Part shown: positions 1 to 8,679 of the stretch, in pieces
How the letters are laid out: every line of letters starts with the position of its first letter
Position numbering within the stretch: the stretch's first letter is position 1
Source: Candidatus Ozemobacteraceae bacterium
Lineage (GTDB): Bacteria > Muiribacteriota > Ozemobacteria > Ozemobacterales > Ozemobacteraceae
Length of the DNA: 64,000 nt
Direction of reading: 5' to 3'
NCBI GenBank assembly: GCA_965140445.1
Contig: OZ223236.1
Span: forward strand, 1,728,001-1,792,000
Notes under the pieces: generated by a model
Database searches by the model: none
What the model was told of the DNA's origin: nothing
The model's input: the letters and a program-made list of their open reading frames with translations, nothing else
Program-made: the position numbers and the translations under genes

Positions 1-137
1 AAGATGGCAAAAAAAAGTTTTTAAAACTAAAAAACACCCTTGGGGTAAGTGAAGTTGAAGTAGACCTGGAAGTTTTTGATGCGGATTGGTTTTTGTGGAA
101 AAATCCATCTCAGCAGGAAGGGAAGGTTCTTTATTAG
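1..137 (+). CDS. 3' end of an upstream CDS cut by the window edge, possibly another membrane-fusion/adaptor protein
   Basis: Frame 3 is open from position 3 to TAG at 135-137 (DGKKKFLKLKNTLGVSEVEVDLEVFDADWFLWKNPSQQEGKVLY*) and ends 1 nt before the ATG at 139. The ending loosely resembles the end of the next ORF (EGDTVCY). Confidence 0.6.
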   Translation, partial: DGKKKFLKLKNTLGVSEVEVDLEVFDADWFLWKNPSQQEGKVLY

Positions 138-138
138 C

Positions 139-2709
139 ATGAAAAAGATTTTATTTTACCTTCTAATTATCTGCATTTCTTTCTTTAATACTGCATGTGA
201 GGAAAAAAGTCGGAAACCTGGTCCGGAGCAAAAAAAAGATTCCCAGCCATTCCTGGCTAAGGGGTCTCTGGTTTATCTGAATGAAAAAGAAGTTTTCGCT
301 AACTCATATTCTGAGATTATGTCTCTGGTTGAGGAGGGAAAGTGGGTTAATGAAGGAGATTTGCTTTGTAATCTTTCTCCAAAGGACTCTATTTCTCAGC
401 TTGAGTTCGCCAAAAACGATTTAAAAAGACAAGAGTTAGAATTTAACTATTTAAAAGATTCTTTAAAGCAAAGACAAAAGCTTGAAAAGATTAATTTACA
501 GATTGTAAAAGTAAAATTTCAAATGGCTGAAGTTGAATTGCAGAAGGCTAAGACGAGTAGAGATTGGCTAAGAATTTTCGAATTGGAAGAATCTCTCAAG
601 GTGATGAAGATTAATAAAAAGCTCTTAGAACTAAAGCTTGCCGCAAATACTGAATTAGTAGAAAAAGGTTTTGTATCAAAGGTTAATCTGCTCGAGATTC
701 AAAAAGAATTAAAAGTTCTAAATGAGAACGCCTCTTTAACAAAAGCTTTAATTCCTGAACTTGAGAAACAGGTTGAAGAAAAAAGAGTTTTTGAAAAGAA
801 AAAATTGTATAAAGCTGCTGAAATCGAAGTTACAACTGCGGAAAAACTTTTGCAGAAGAACTTGTTTAATTTTGAAACTCAGTTAGAAATAAAAAATAGA
901 GAAATGAAGGACGTTGCTTCTAAGGTTGCAAGATTGACTAGTGAGCTTGAAGCACTGAAGGTTGTTTCCCCCACAAGTGGTTTTGCGTTGTGGGGATACA
1001 CACAAATGACAATGAAGAAAGAAAAAATCAGCCCCGGGACAGCTGTATATCCCGGTGTAACACTGTTCAAAATAGTACAAAAAGATCGCGTTGGTATTGA
1101 CAGCTTTTTTAATCAGAGGGATTCATCATTAATTCGCAGCAGCTCAGAACTGTTTTTTTATCCAGATTCATTTCCGGAACTTTACTATAAATGTAAGCCA
1201 GATAAAGTTTCTGAACTAGCTATTGCTGCTGATGGTCAAAATCCAGATGGTTTAACCTTTATGAATTTGAAATCGGAACTTACTGGCATATCAGAAATGC
1301 TTTTGCATGGTTTCTCGGGGACGCTTACCAATATTGCTCCGCCGAATAAACATAGTGGAAAAGGTTTGATTAAACCGCTTAAAGTTGTTAAAAAAAGGGT
1401 TAGCCGGACAATCAGTGTTCCAGGGGAAGTAGAGCCATCTGAATTTAGCACAATTTCTCCCCCGTACAATGCTCGTTTAAATTCTTTGGTTGAAGAGGGA
1501 AAGGTCGTTAAGGCTGGCGAAGAGTTGGCAAGAATTGACGCAGGTGAAAGAGAGCAAAAACTAAGTGATGAAGTTGTTCAAATTGAAAAAAAACGCGAAG
1601 AGTTAAAACTCCTGGAGGAGAAATTCTTGAATGAAAGCTCTCGTTTAAAGAGCTTGGAAAAGATAAAAAAAGGCGCATTAACAGTCGCTCAACTGGAGTA
1701 TAAAACTCTGATTAAGCAAAGAGATGAGGATAAAATTATCAATTTAAGAAAAGGCTTAGAACTTAAAAAGGCCAAGTTGAAGCTGGCTCAACAAAAGTAT
1801 TCACATGTTACAGAACTTAATAGAAAAGGACTTAGGTCTAAGCTCGAATTGCTCGAAGCTGAGTTGGAAATTGCAAACGTAAAGAAAGACATTGAAATTG
1901 AATCTTATAAGTTAAATCTTGAGGAATCTGGCCCTACAAGAAATAATATAAAGCTGGCTCAACTTAACTCTGAAATGGCACAGCTTGAGCTGGAAAAAGC
2001 GCAGGTCGAATGTTCAATTGGTCTTAAAAAAGGCGATTTTGATATTGAGCTAAATAGAGAGGAATTAAAAAGTAGGGAATTGAGCAAGAATGAAATCCAG
2101 AGTCAAATTGATAGAGCTACCTTAAAGGCTGCCAGAGATGGAATTGTTATCTTGCTGGATACTTACATTTCCGGAGAAAAAAGAAAGGCTAAAGTTGGAG
2201 ACAGTATTTATGGAATGATTCCTTTGATTCAAGTCGCTGATGATAGCAGTCTGGTAATTAAAACTCAAATCTCAGAAATGGATATAAAATTTTTAAAAAT
2301 TGGCATGAAAGCAATTGTGAAGACAAAATCTGCCCCTGGAAGAGAATTCGGTGCGTGGGTGAAAAAAATCGGAAGAATCGCAACTAACAATTCTAGTGAA
2401 AGGCAAGATTCAATTGTTGAGGTTTTGTTTGATCTAAAATCGGTTGAAAATGGCGTAAGTAAAATTGATCCAGTTTTTTCACCTGGCTCCTCTTGCGAAG
2501 TAGAGATTCAACTGTACGATCGAGTGGATGCGATTTGGCTGCCATATGGATATGTAGTTCCTGACTCCATTGGACCTGGTGTTATAAAAGATAACGGCGA
2601 ATTTCACCCGGTTAAGATTGATTTTTCTGATGGGCTGAATGGCTACGTATTGCGGGAAGGGCTTAATGAAGGAGATACTGTTTGCTATCCCGGGGGCCAA
2701 AATGATTAA
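139..2709 (+). CDS. Periplasmic adaptor / membrane fusion protein (HlyD/MacA family) with two tandem MFP modules; predicted lipoprotein
   Basis: ATG at 139 gives MKKILFYLLIICISFFNTAC (lipobox-like). There are two sets of lipoyl half-motifs (SLVEEGKWVNEGDLL...VVSPTSG; SLVEEGKVVKAGEEL...LKAARDG), each flanking a long coiled coil. Adjacent to an ABC ATPase and a MacB-type permease. Confidence 0.85.
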   Translation: MKKILFYLLIICISFFNTACEEKSRKPGPEQKKDSQPFLAKGSLVYLNEKEVFANSYSEIMSLVEEGKWVNEGDLLCNLSPKDSISQLEFAKNDLKRQELEFNYLKDSLKQRQKLEKINLQIVKVKFQMAEVELQKAKTSRDWLRIFELEESLKVMKINKKLLELKLAANTELVEKGFVSKVNLLEIQKELKVLNENASLTKALIPELEKQVEEKRVFEKKKLYKAAEIEVTTAEKLLQKNLFNFETQLEIKNREMKDVASKVARLTSELEALKVVSPTSGFALWGYTQMTMKKEKISPGTAVYPGVTLFKIVQKDRVGIDSFFNQRDSSLIRSSSELFFYPDSFPELYYKCKPDKVSELAIAADGQNPDGLTFMNLKSELTGISEMLLHGFSGTLTNIAPPNKHSGKGLIKPLKVVKKRVSRTISVPGEVEPSEFSTISPPYNARLNSLVEEGKVVKAGEELARIDAGEREQKLSDEVVQIEKKREELKLLEEKFLNESSRLKSLEKIKKGALTVAQLEYKTLIKQRDEDKIINLRKGLELKKAKLKLAQQKYSHVTELNRKGLRSKLELLEAELEIANVKKDIEIESYKLNLEESGPTRNNIKLAQLNSEMAQLELEKAQVECSIGLKKGDFDIELNREELKSRELSKNEIQSQIDRATLKAARDGIVILLDTYISGEKRKAKVGDSIYGMIPLIQVADDSSLVIKTQISEMDIKFLKIGMKAIVKTKSAPGREFGAWVKKIGRIATNNSSERQDSIVEVLFDLKSVENGVSKIDPVFSPGSSCEVEIQLYDRVDAIWLPYGYVVPDSIGPGVIKDNGEFHPVKIDFSDGLNGYVLREGLNEGDTVCYPGGQND

Positions 2710-3448
2710 AGCTGAAAAACTTCAAAGGCATTTTTCCTTAAAAGACGTTTCTGTTAAGGCAGTAGATGAAATTAGTCTGAGCATATCTCCAGGAGAATTT
2801 GTTGCTATTATGGGCCCTTCTGGGTCAGGCAAATCAACTTTGCTTTATATGCTTGGTGCAATGGATAAACCTACTGGGGGGCATCTTTCAATAAACGACC
2901 AGATTGTTTCAAAAATGGATGATGAGAGCTGTTCCAGATTTCGGAGTAGAGAGCTTGGTTTTATTTTTCAATCTTTTCATCTGTTACCAAAAGTGAATTT
3001 AATTCGCAATGTGGAATTGCCCATGCTCTATGCCGGAATTGAAAAAGAGCAACGAATAAAGCGATCAAAGCTTTTGCTGGAATCTGTAGGGCTTGGAGAT
3101 CGTATGGAGCATTTGCCAACAGAGCTTTCCGGAGGGCAATGTCAGCGCGCAGCCATAGCCCGTTCATTAGCCAATGGTCCGTCTTTGCTTTTAGCTGATG
3201 AACCAACTGGAAATTTAGATTCCAGGACAGGAGAGGAAATTATTGCGATTTTTCAGTGCTTGAACAGGGCTGGAATGACAATTGCCATGGTTACCCATGA
3301 TAACAATATGGCAATGCATGCAGGTCGAATAATTAAAATGTCTGACGGGAAAGTTGTTTCCGATGAACAGGTTGCTGAAAAGCGTGTAGCCACAATTTCT
3401 CCCGAAAGTGAAAAGAAGCTATTGGATGGTTTAAATGAGGCTTACTGA
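2702..3448 (+). CDS. ABC transporter ATP-binding protein, MacB/LolD-like
   Basis: Walker A GPSGSGKS, signature LSGGQCQR, Walker B LLLADEPTGNLD, H-loop MVTHD. Likely start is the ATG at 2702 (ORF track starts at 2639). Confidence 0.93.
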   Translation: MIKAEKLQRHFSLKDVSVKAVDEISLSISPGEFVAIMGPSGSGKSTLLYMLGAMDKPTGGHLSINDQIVSKMDDESCSRFRSRELGFIFQSFHLLPKVNLIRNVELPMLYAGIEKEQRIKRSKLLLESVGLGDRMEHLPTELSGGQCQRAAIARSLANGPSLLLADEPTGNLDSRTGEEIIAIFQCLNRAGMTIAMVTHDNNMAMHAGRIIKMSDGKVVSDEQVAEKRVATISPESEKKLLDGLNEAY

Positions 3449-4682
3449 ACAAATAAGAATTGGGTCACTTGGACTAACAGACCACCCATTTAGAACTTTT
3501 TTGACTATGCTGGGGGTTATTTTTGGCGTTGCGGCAGTTATTTCGATGGTCTCAATTGGTGCAGGGGCAGAGAAAGAGGCCTTAGAGGAGCTTAAGAAAT
3601 TTGGCGCAAACAGCATCAGGGTCAATGCAATTGAAATAGAGGGCGAGCGTCTCACCGATGCTGTAAAAAAGCTCGCTAGAGGATTGTCCATTCCTGATGT
3701 GGAGTTCTTAAAAAAAGCATGTCCCTTTATTAAATATATTGTCCCGGAAAAAACAGAAGAGTATCGCTTTTATTGCAGAAATAGAAAGCCTTTATGCAAA
3801 ATTGTCGGGGTGGGGCAGAATTTTCTTGAAGCCTCAAGATTTGAAATTGAGAAGGGAAAATTCTTTTCAAATGAAGATTGGGAAAACTCACCTCCATACG
3901 TTGTTCTGGGGGCTGGCGTGGCAAGTGACGTATTTGGTCTTATAAACCCTATTGGGCAAATTGTTCAAATCGAAGATGCAAGGTTAAAAGTTTTAGGAGT
4001 TATGCGTGAACAAGGCAAAGGAAAGGGTAAGCTTGCAATTAAAAGAAGAGATCATGATCGTGATGTTTATATGCCTTTAAATTCTATGTTCGATAGACTA
4101 CAAAAATGGCCCATTGAAGATCGAAAAATTTACCACCAGATTTCTGGGCTTTGGATTGAAGTTTTTGATGGAGTAGACCTTATTGAGGCTCGAGATGTGA
4201 TTATGAAAATATTAAAGCGTAGACACCGCGAAATAATAGATCTGGAAAGTCAGGTTCCCCTCGAAATTCTTCAACAGAGCCAGAAAACTCAGCATCTGTT
4301 TAATCTTGTTATGGCCTTAATCGCAGGAATTTCTCTCTTGGTTGGTGGAATAGGAATTATGAATATTATGTTGGCTTCTGTTAATGAGAGGACTAGAGAA
4401 GTCGGTGTAAGGCGAGCTCTGGGGGCATCCAAGAGAGATATTGTGGTGCAGTTTCTCGTTGAAGCCAGCTTAATAAGCGTGGGTGGGGGAATAGCTGGAA
4501 TATTCCTTGGGGTTTCTCTTTCCTTTGGTATTTCACTATATACAGGTTGGGTTACTGTTATTCCCTTGTCGGCAGTAATTATAGCGTTTTTTGTTTCGAT
4601 TTCTGTGGGAATAGTTTTCGGTAGTTTTCCTGCCGCAAAAGCCGCCAGCCTTGACCCTGTAAAGGCTTTACGCTACGAATAA
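3435..4682 (+). CDS. ABC transporter permease, MacB/FtsX family
   Basis: RTFLTMLGVIFGVAAVI, a periplasmic domain, GGIGIMNIMLASVNERTREVGVRRALGA and a C-terminal PAAKAASLDPVKALRYE. Confidence 0.95.
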   Translation: MRLTEQIRIGSLGLTDHPFRTFLTMLGVIFGVAAVISMVSIGAGAEKEALEELKKFGANSIRVNAIEIEGERLTDAVKKLARGLSIPDVEFLKKACPFIKYIVPEKTEEYRFYCRNRKPLCKIVGVGQNFLEASRFEIEKGKFFSNEDWENSPPYVVLGAGVASDVFGLINPIGQIVQIEDARLKVLGVMREQGKGKGKLAIKRRDHDRDVYMPLNSMFDRLQKWPIEDRKIYHQISGLWIEVFDGVDLIEARDVIMKILKRRHREIIDLESQVPLEILQQSQKTQHLFNLVMALIAGISLLVGGIGIMNIMLASVNERTREVGVRRALGASKRDIVVQFLVEASLISVGGGIAGIFLGVSLSFGISLYTGWVTVIPLSAVIIAFFVSISVGIVFGSFPAAKAASLDPVKALRYE

Positions 4683-4709
4683 AAAAGCTCTTTTTATCGC
4701 TTCAGTTTA

Positions 4710-4738
4710 TTGATTTTTGTCTAACTTTGTGATAATCT
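4710..4738 (+). promoter_or_regulatory. Putative sigma70 promoter for tRNA-Leu
   Basis: TTGATT-17 nt-TAATCT with a TG extension, 12 nt before the tRNA. Confidence 0.45.
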
Positions 4739-4750
4739 CATTCAATACCC

Positions 4751-4834
4751 GCCCGGGTGGTGAAATTGGCAAACACGCTAGATTCAGGTTCTAGTGCTCG
4801 CAAGGGCTTGGGGGTTCAAGTCCCCCCTCGGGCA
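4751..4834 (+). tRNA. tRNA-Leu (anticodon CAG); CCA not encoded
   Basis: Acceptor stem GCCCGGG/CTCGGGC plus A discriminator, D-loop TGGC, anticodon arm CTAGA-TTCAGGT-TCTAG, long variable arm, T-arm GGGGG-TTCAAGT-CCCCC. Confidence 0.97.
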
Positions 4835-4844
4835 ATGCAGGTAT

Positions 4845-4877
4845 AAAAAGGGCTGCTCCTTATGAGCGGCCCTTTTT
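4845..4877 (+). terminator. Intrinsic terminator after the tRNA
   Basis: AAAAAGGGCTGCTC-CTTAT-GAGCGGCCCTTTTT followed by more T's. Confidence 0.85.
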
Positions 4878-5004
4878 CTTTTTAGCTTATTACGTTTTTC
4901 GCTTTATTTTGTCGATAGTTAGGGTAATCGTGTGTTTTCTAAAAATTGCTTAAAAAGACAGTTTAAAGTAATCTGGAAGTATATAAAGATAAAAAAATGA
5001 GAGA

Positions 5005-6597
5005 ATGATGAAGAGTGATGAATTAAAAAACAGGATTCTTTTATCCATAGAGAATCTTTATTCCTCTGAGCCTAGTAAATATGAGCTGGTCAACCTTGCC
5101 GAGACATTAGATGAGTGGGACAATCTAGTTTTCGAAGAAAAAGACGAGCAGGAAGCGCAAATTTACAAATTGCTTCAAAGGCTTCAGCTATTTCTGAAAC
5201 AGTCTAATAATACTGAAGCTTCAGAAAAAATAGAGCAAATCATTCTTAGTATTTTCCCGGAGAGAATGTTTCCTGATCTACCATCAAGAGAAAAAGTAAT
5301 AAATCTTGATACTAAACCACTTGATGTCGCAACGGGAATTATGAAATTAAAGAAATTCCCAGAAGACGCTCAAAATTCTTTTCATGAGTTTAGAGAAGCC
5401 TTTTTTAAAGCGAGAAAAGATTTTAACCAGTTTTTGGCGGAGATTAAGGGCGGTGGATTTGGCCCTGAAGGAACGGGGCTTGCCGGGGATTTATATGTAA
5501 AGTTCTTAAAAACGGCTAGCCAACTGCAATATACTTCCCAGATAGATGTACCCTGGTCCGCGATGTTTCAATTTGCAAAGAAGCTAAATGATGAAAGACA
5601 AAAATTTCTTGAAGCACATTTGTTGTTAAAAACCTTAGAAGAAATTAAAAGTTCTTTTCCAACAACGGAGTTGAGAGGAAAGATCAAGAAAAGTAGTAGA
5701 CAGTATTTAAGAAATAGCCTATGGGACAATCTTGATAAGGCTTTAGCAGACGGAAACTATAGCATGGTTTTAAAATATGCAGAAAAACTTGAGCCTTTAT
5801 CAGAAAATGCTGCGGATTCAAACAACCTAAAGTTAATTAAACAGTATTCCGAAGGGAAGTTGGAAGGAGCTCCCAGGGGTTGTATCATTGCAATTGTTTT
5901 GTTGGTTCTGGCTATTGGTATTTTGCCAAGATTTTTGTCAAATCAGGAGAATTCACCATTAACTAACATCGTGCTAAAAGGTAAAGTCCGGAAATCTTTT
6001 GAAGAAGAAATGAAAGAACCATTTTTAAATAAGTATGATCGAGGAATCAAGTATATTTCAAGAGCTGGCTTACTGGAGCAAAAGCCCCCATATACTCCGC
6101 ATGATAGACCTCTAAAGATGGCTGAAGTTAGGTTTGTTTTTTTTCAAAAGTATAGATTGGAAATATTGAAACAAAAGTTGCTTCAAGGGCAGTTTAAACA
6201 AAAGTTGACAAAACTTATTGATGATTATCAGCGTCGCTGTGATTTTTTTGAGGCTAGCGATTTAGATAAAGAGACGGTCGAACAAGAATTGAAGATGAAT
6301 GCTGATATAATTAAAAAAGAAACCGAAGAAATTGTTTCTCAATGGGAAAACGAATTGGGTATTTCCTCAAAGCTTACTTCACTTGATACTGAAACAAAAG
6401 TTAGAAAAACTAATTTTTTCACTGAAATTGAAAAAGTTCAATATCGCCTTTTTGAATTGGGTTATTATAAAGGTAAGATAGATGGATTGTTAAATGAAGC
6501 AACAAAAGATTCTATAACTATGTTCAAGCTTGAACAGATGGGACTTTACGATGCTAACCTGGATTCGGAAACAAAAAAACTATTATTTGGAAAGTAA
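5005..6597 (+). CDS. Bitopic membrane protein with a C-terminal peptidoglycan-binding (PG_binding_1-like) domain; paralog of the next gene
   Basis: Helical N-terminal ~290 aa, one TM segment (CIIAIVLLVLAIGIL), and C-terminal KVQYRLFELGYYKGKIDGLLNEATKDSITMFK typical of PG_binding_1. Confidence 0.75.
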   Translation: MMKSDELKNRILLSIENLYSSEPSKYELVNLAETLDEWDNLVFEEKDEQEAQIYKLLQRLQLFLKQSNNTEASEKIEQIILSIFPERMFPDLPSREKVINLDTKPLDVATGIMKLKKFPEDAQNSFHEFREAFFKARKDFNQFLAEIKGGGFGPEGTGLAGDLYVKFLKTASQLQYTSQIDVPWSAMFQFAKKLNDERQKFLEAHLLLKTLEEIKSSFPTTELRGKIKKSSRQYLRNSLWDNLDKALADGNYSMVLKYAEKLEPLSENAADSNNLKLIKQYSEGKLEGAPRGCIIAIVLLVLAIGILPRFLSNQENSPLTNIVLKGKVRKSFEEEMKEPFLNKYDRGIKYISRAGLLEQKPPYTPHDRPLKMAEVRFVFFQKYRLEILKQKLLQGQFKQKLTKLIDDYQRRCDFFEASDLDKETVEQELKMNADIIKKETEEIVSQWENELGISSKLTSLDTETKVRKTNFFTEIEKVQYRLFELGYYKGKIDGLLNEATKDSITMFKLEQMGLYDANLDSETKKLLFGK

Positions 6598-6618
6598 AAA
6601 CAAGCGAGCATTCTGAAA

Positions 6619-8232
6619 ATGGCTGATAACAAAGCATTATTCAAAAAAATCAATGAACTTATTGATGGCGTTTATGCATCCACTGATATACAGGGTGCCA
6701 TCACTGAACTTGGTAGAACTCTTGAAATCTGGGATAACATGGTTTTTCAGGGAAAAGAGTTTGAAGCTGATACAATTTTTACTTCTCTTCAAAACTTAAA
6801 AAGTTTTTTTGAAAAAAAAGGTGATGAAACTGTAGCTGATAAAGTATCCAAAGTTATTTTGGAAGTTTTTCCAGAATTATGCTTTCCAGAACTTCCCGCT
6901 GGCCAGCAGCAAATTCATGTTAACACCAAGCCCCTGGAAGATGTTGCTTTCATTCTTAAATTCCGTGGATATCCCGATGAAACTCAGGAGAAATTTCGTC
7001 TTTTCAGAGAAAGGGTTTTTGATGTCCTAAAAAATGTTCCGCTTTTTGTTGAAGAGCTTGACCGTAAAAATTTTAGTGCGACTGGCTCTGGTAATGCTGG
7101 TGAACTATTTAGGAAGTTTATTGAGTCTACAGAACAGCTTCAAAATACAGAATTGATAAACGTCCCGTGGGAAGTTTTATTGCAAATTGCCAATAAATTA
7201 AATAGTGAGAAAAAAGCTTATTTTGCTGCCTATTCACTTGTAAAAGGACTAAATGGAATAAAAAATGTTTTCCCCCCAAATTCTCTAAAAGAAGAACTAA
7301 AAAGAAGTGAAATTTTTTTCCAGAGGAACTATTACTGGGAGCTTATGGATTCTGCTATGGCTACCCAAAGTTATGGGGATGTGGTTTTTTACGTTGACAG
7401 GTTGTTACCGCTTGCAGATAGTGCCGCAGAGCGTAGCAATTTGCTGGTAATTAAAAATAATGCTCTCAAAAAGTCTGAAGGGCTTCCTAAGGGCTGTATT
7501 TTAATAGCTTTATTGCTTTTTTTCGGAGCGCTATTTTTTGCTTCCAAGGTTGCTTCAAACAGGTCAAAAAATAAAACTGGAAATGTTTTTGAAAAGATGG
7601 CTGAAGAGAAGCAGAAGAAAAAAAAGAAGAAAAAGAGTAGGAATGTTCCTTATAGAAAAGGTAAGAAGGCTGTAAAGAAGCCGTCAAAGACAGGCCTGAG
7701 AGAAACGGTTCCTCCACTAAGACCCCATACCAAAAATTTAACTTTGGAAGAAGTTCGTTACGCTGTTTTCCAGAAGCAGAGACTGGACTTTTTGTTAAAA
7801 ATGGATTTGTCACCTGAAGAATATGTAGTTTACAAGAAGCTGGTTGATGAATATAAAAAGCGCTGTGAAATTTACAAATACAATCCCAAAGATCGGGAAA
7901 AAGTTGATTGGGAACTTAAAATTCATATTTTGAGCCTAAAAGAAGACGCTAGAGAAATCTTAAAAGATATTCGAAAAGAGCTTGGAACCGATGAAGAAGA
8001 TGCACAGGAAGATGAAGAAGATTCTGAAAACGACCTTTTATCTACCAGAGATGATGTTGCTGTTGAACAAATTCAGCTAAAGCTCAAAGAACTTGGATTT
8101 TTTGATTCACACATAACAGGTGTGTGGGATGAAGAAACGCGTAAGGCTATTTTAAAATTTAAGATCGAGAAATTTTCAGTGCTTGATGAAAAGTGGGATT
8201 TGGAAACGCAAAAAAAGCTGTTTGGAAAGTAG
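6619..8232 (+). CDS. Bitopic membrane protein with a C-terminal peptidoglycan-binding domain; paralog of the previous gene
   Basis: Colinear shared motifs (WDN.VF, FPE..FP.LP, TKPL, VPW, EG.P.GCI, EVR...FQK.RL, Y..RC) and C-terminal QIQLKLKELGFFDSHITGVWDEETRKAILKFK. Confidence 0.75.
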   Translation: MADNKALFKKINELIDGVYASTDIQGAITELGRTLEIWDNMVFQGKEFEADTIFTSLQNLKSFFEKKGDETVADKVSKVILEVFPELCFPELPAGQQQIHVNTKPLEDVAFILKFRGYPDETQEKFRLFRERVFDVLKNVPLFVEELDRKNFSATGSGNAGELFRKFIESTEQLQNTELINVPWEVLLQIANKLNSEKKAYFAAYSLVKGLNGIKNVFPPNSLKEELKRSEIFFQRNYYWELMDSAMATQSYGDVVFYVDRLLPLADSAAERSNLLVIKNNALKKSEGLPKGCILIALLLFFGALFFASKVASNRSKNKTGNVFEKMAEEKQKKKKKKKSRNVPYRKGKKAVKKPSKTGLRETVPPLRPHTKNLTLEEVRYAVFQKQRLDFLLKMDLSPEEYVVYKKLVDEYKKRCEIYKYNPKDREKVDWELKIHILSLKEDAREILKDIRKELGTDEEDAQEDEEDSENDLLSTRDDVAVEQIQLKLKELGFFDSHITGVWDEETRKAILKFKIEKFSVLDEKWDLETQKKLFGK

Positions 8233-8256
8233 AAAACGAAGTTTTTACCTTTTTAT

Positions 8257-8285
8257 TTGCAATTTTTTTATCCATGTTTTAAAAT
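8257..8285 (+). promoter_or_regulatory. Putative sigma70 promoter upstream of the small ORF
   Basis: TTGCAA-17 nt-TAAAAT. Confidence 0.45.
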
Positions 8286-8374
8286 CCCATACACAACGGC
8301 TGGTAAAATAAATAGATAAAAATGCCGAAGGAATAGTGTAGACAAGAAAATTAATCACTATGAGGAGTTCCTAT

Positions 8375-8551
8375 ATGGCAGACAATATAGCTACTAACAA
8401 TGAAAGTAAAACAAACTTGACTTTGGTGCACAACGACGCGGAAAATGATGTGAAAAATCCTACACAAAAGAACATGACTGATAGGGTCTGGAACCAGGTT
8501 TTAAAGTCGAGAGAGAATGACAGGGCCAGATACGAAAAGCTTTTCGGGTGA
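8375..8551 (+). CDS. Small hypothetical protein (58 aa)
   Basis: GAGGAG RBS upstream of the ATG at 8375. It fills an intergenic gap and has its own candidate promoter. Confidence 0.6.
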   Translation: MADNIATNNESKTNLTLVHNDAENDVKNPTQKNMTDRVWNQVLKSRENDRARYEKLFG

Positions 8552-8605
8552 TTTTTGATATCCCTATAAATTTAATAGGCAGGGCACACAAATTATAAAA
8601 AATCG

Positions 8606-8635
8606 TTGACATATTCCCCGGCTTTTAAATAAAAT
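8606..8635 (+). promoter_or_regulatory. Putative sigma70 promoter for the Na/Pi cotransporter
   Basis: TTGACA-18 nt-TAAAAT. Confidence 0.5.
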
Positions 8636-8679
8636 CAAGGGTTATAAATTATAAATGGAATGATTGGGGAATTCAACAG

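Noticed and set aside
76..138. Longer N-terminus for the first ORF starting at 76
   Set aside because: It overlaps the 3' end of an upstream CDS, and the ATG at 139 gives a clean lipoprotein signal.
4751..8551. Genomic island integrated at tRNA-Leu
   Set aside because: No integrase, no duplicated tRNA 3' end seen downstream, the terminator is intact, and there is no obvious compositional shift.
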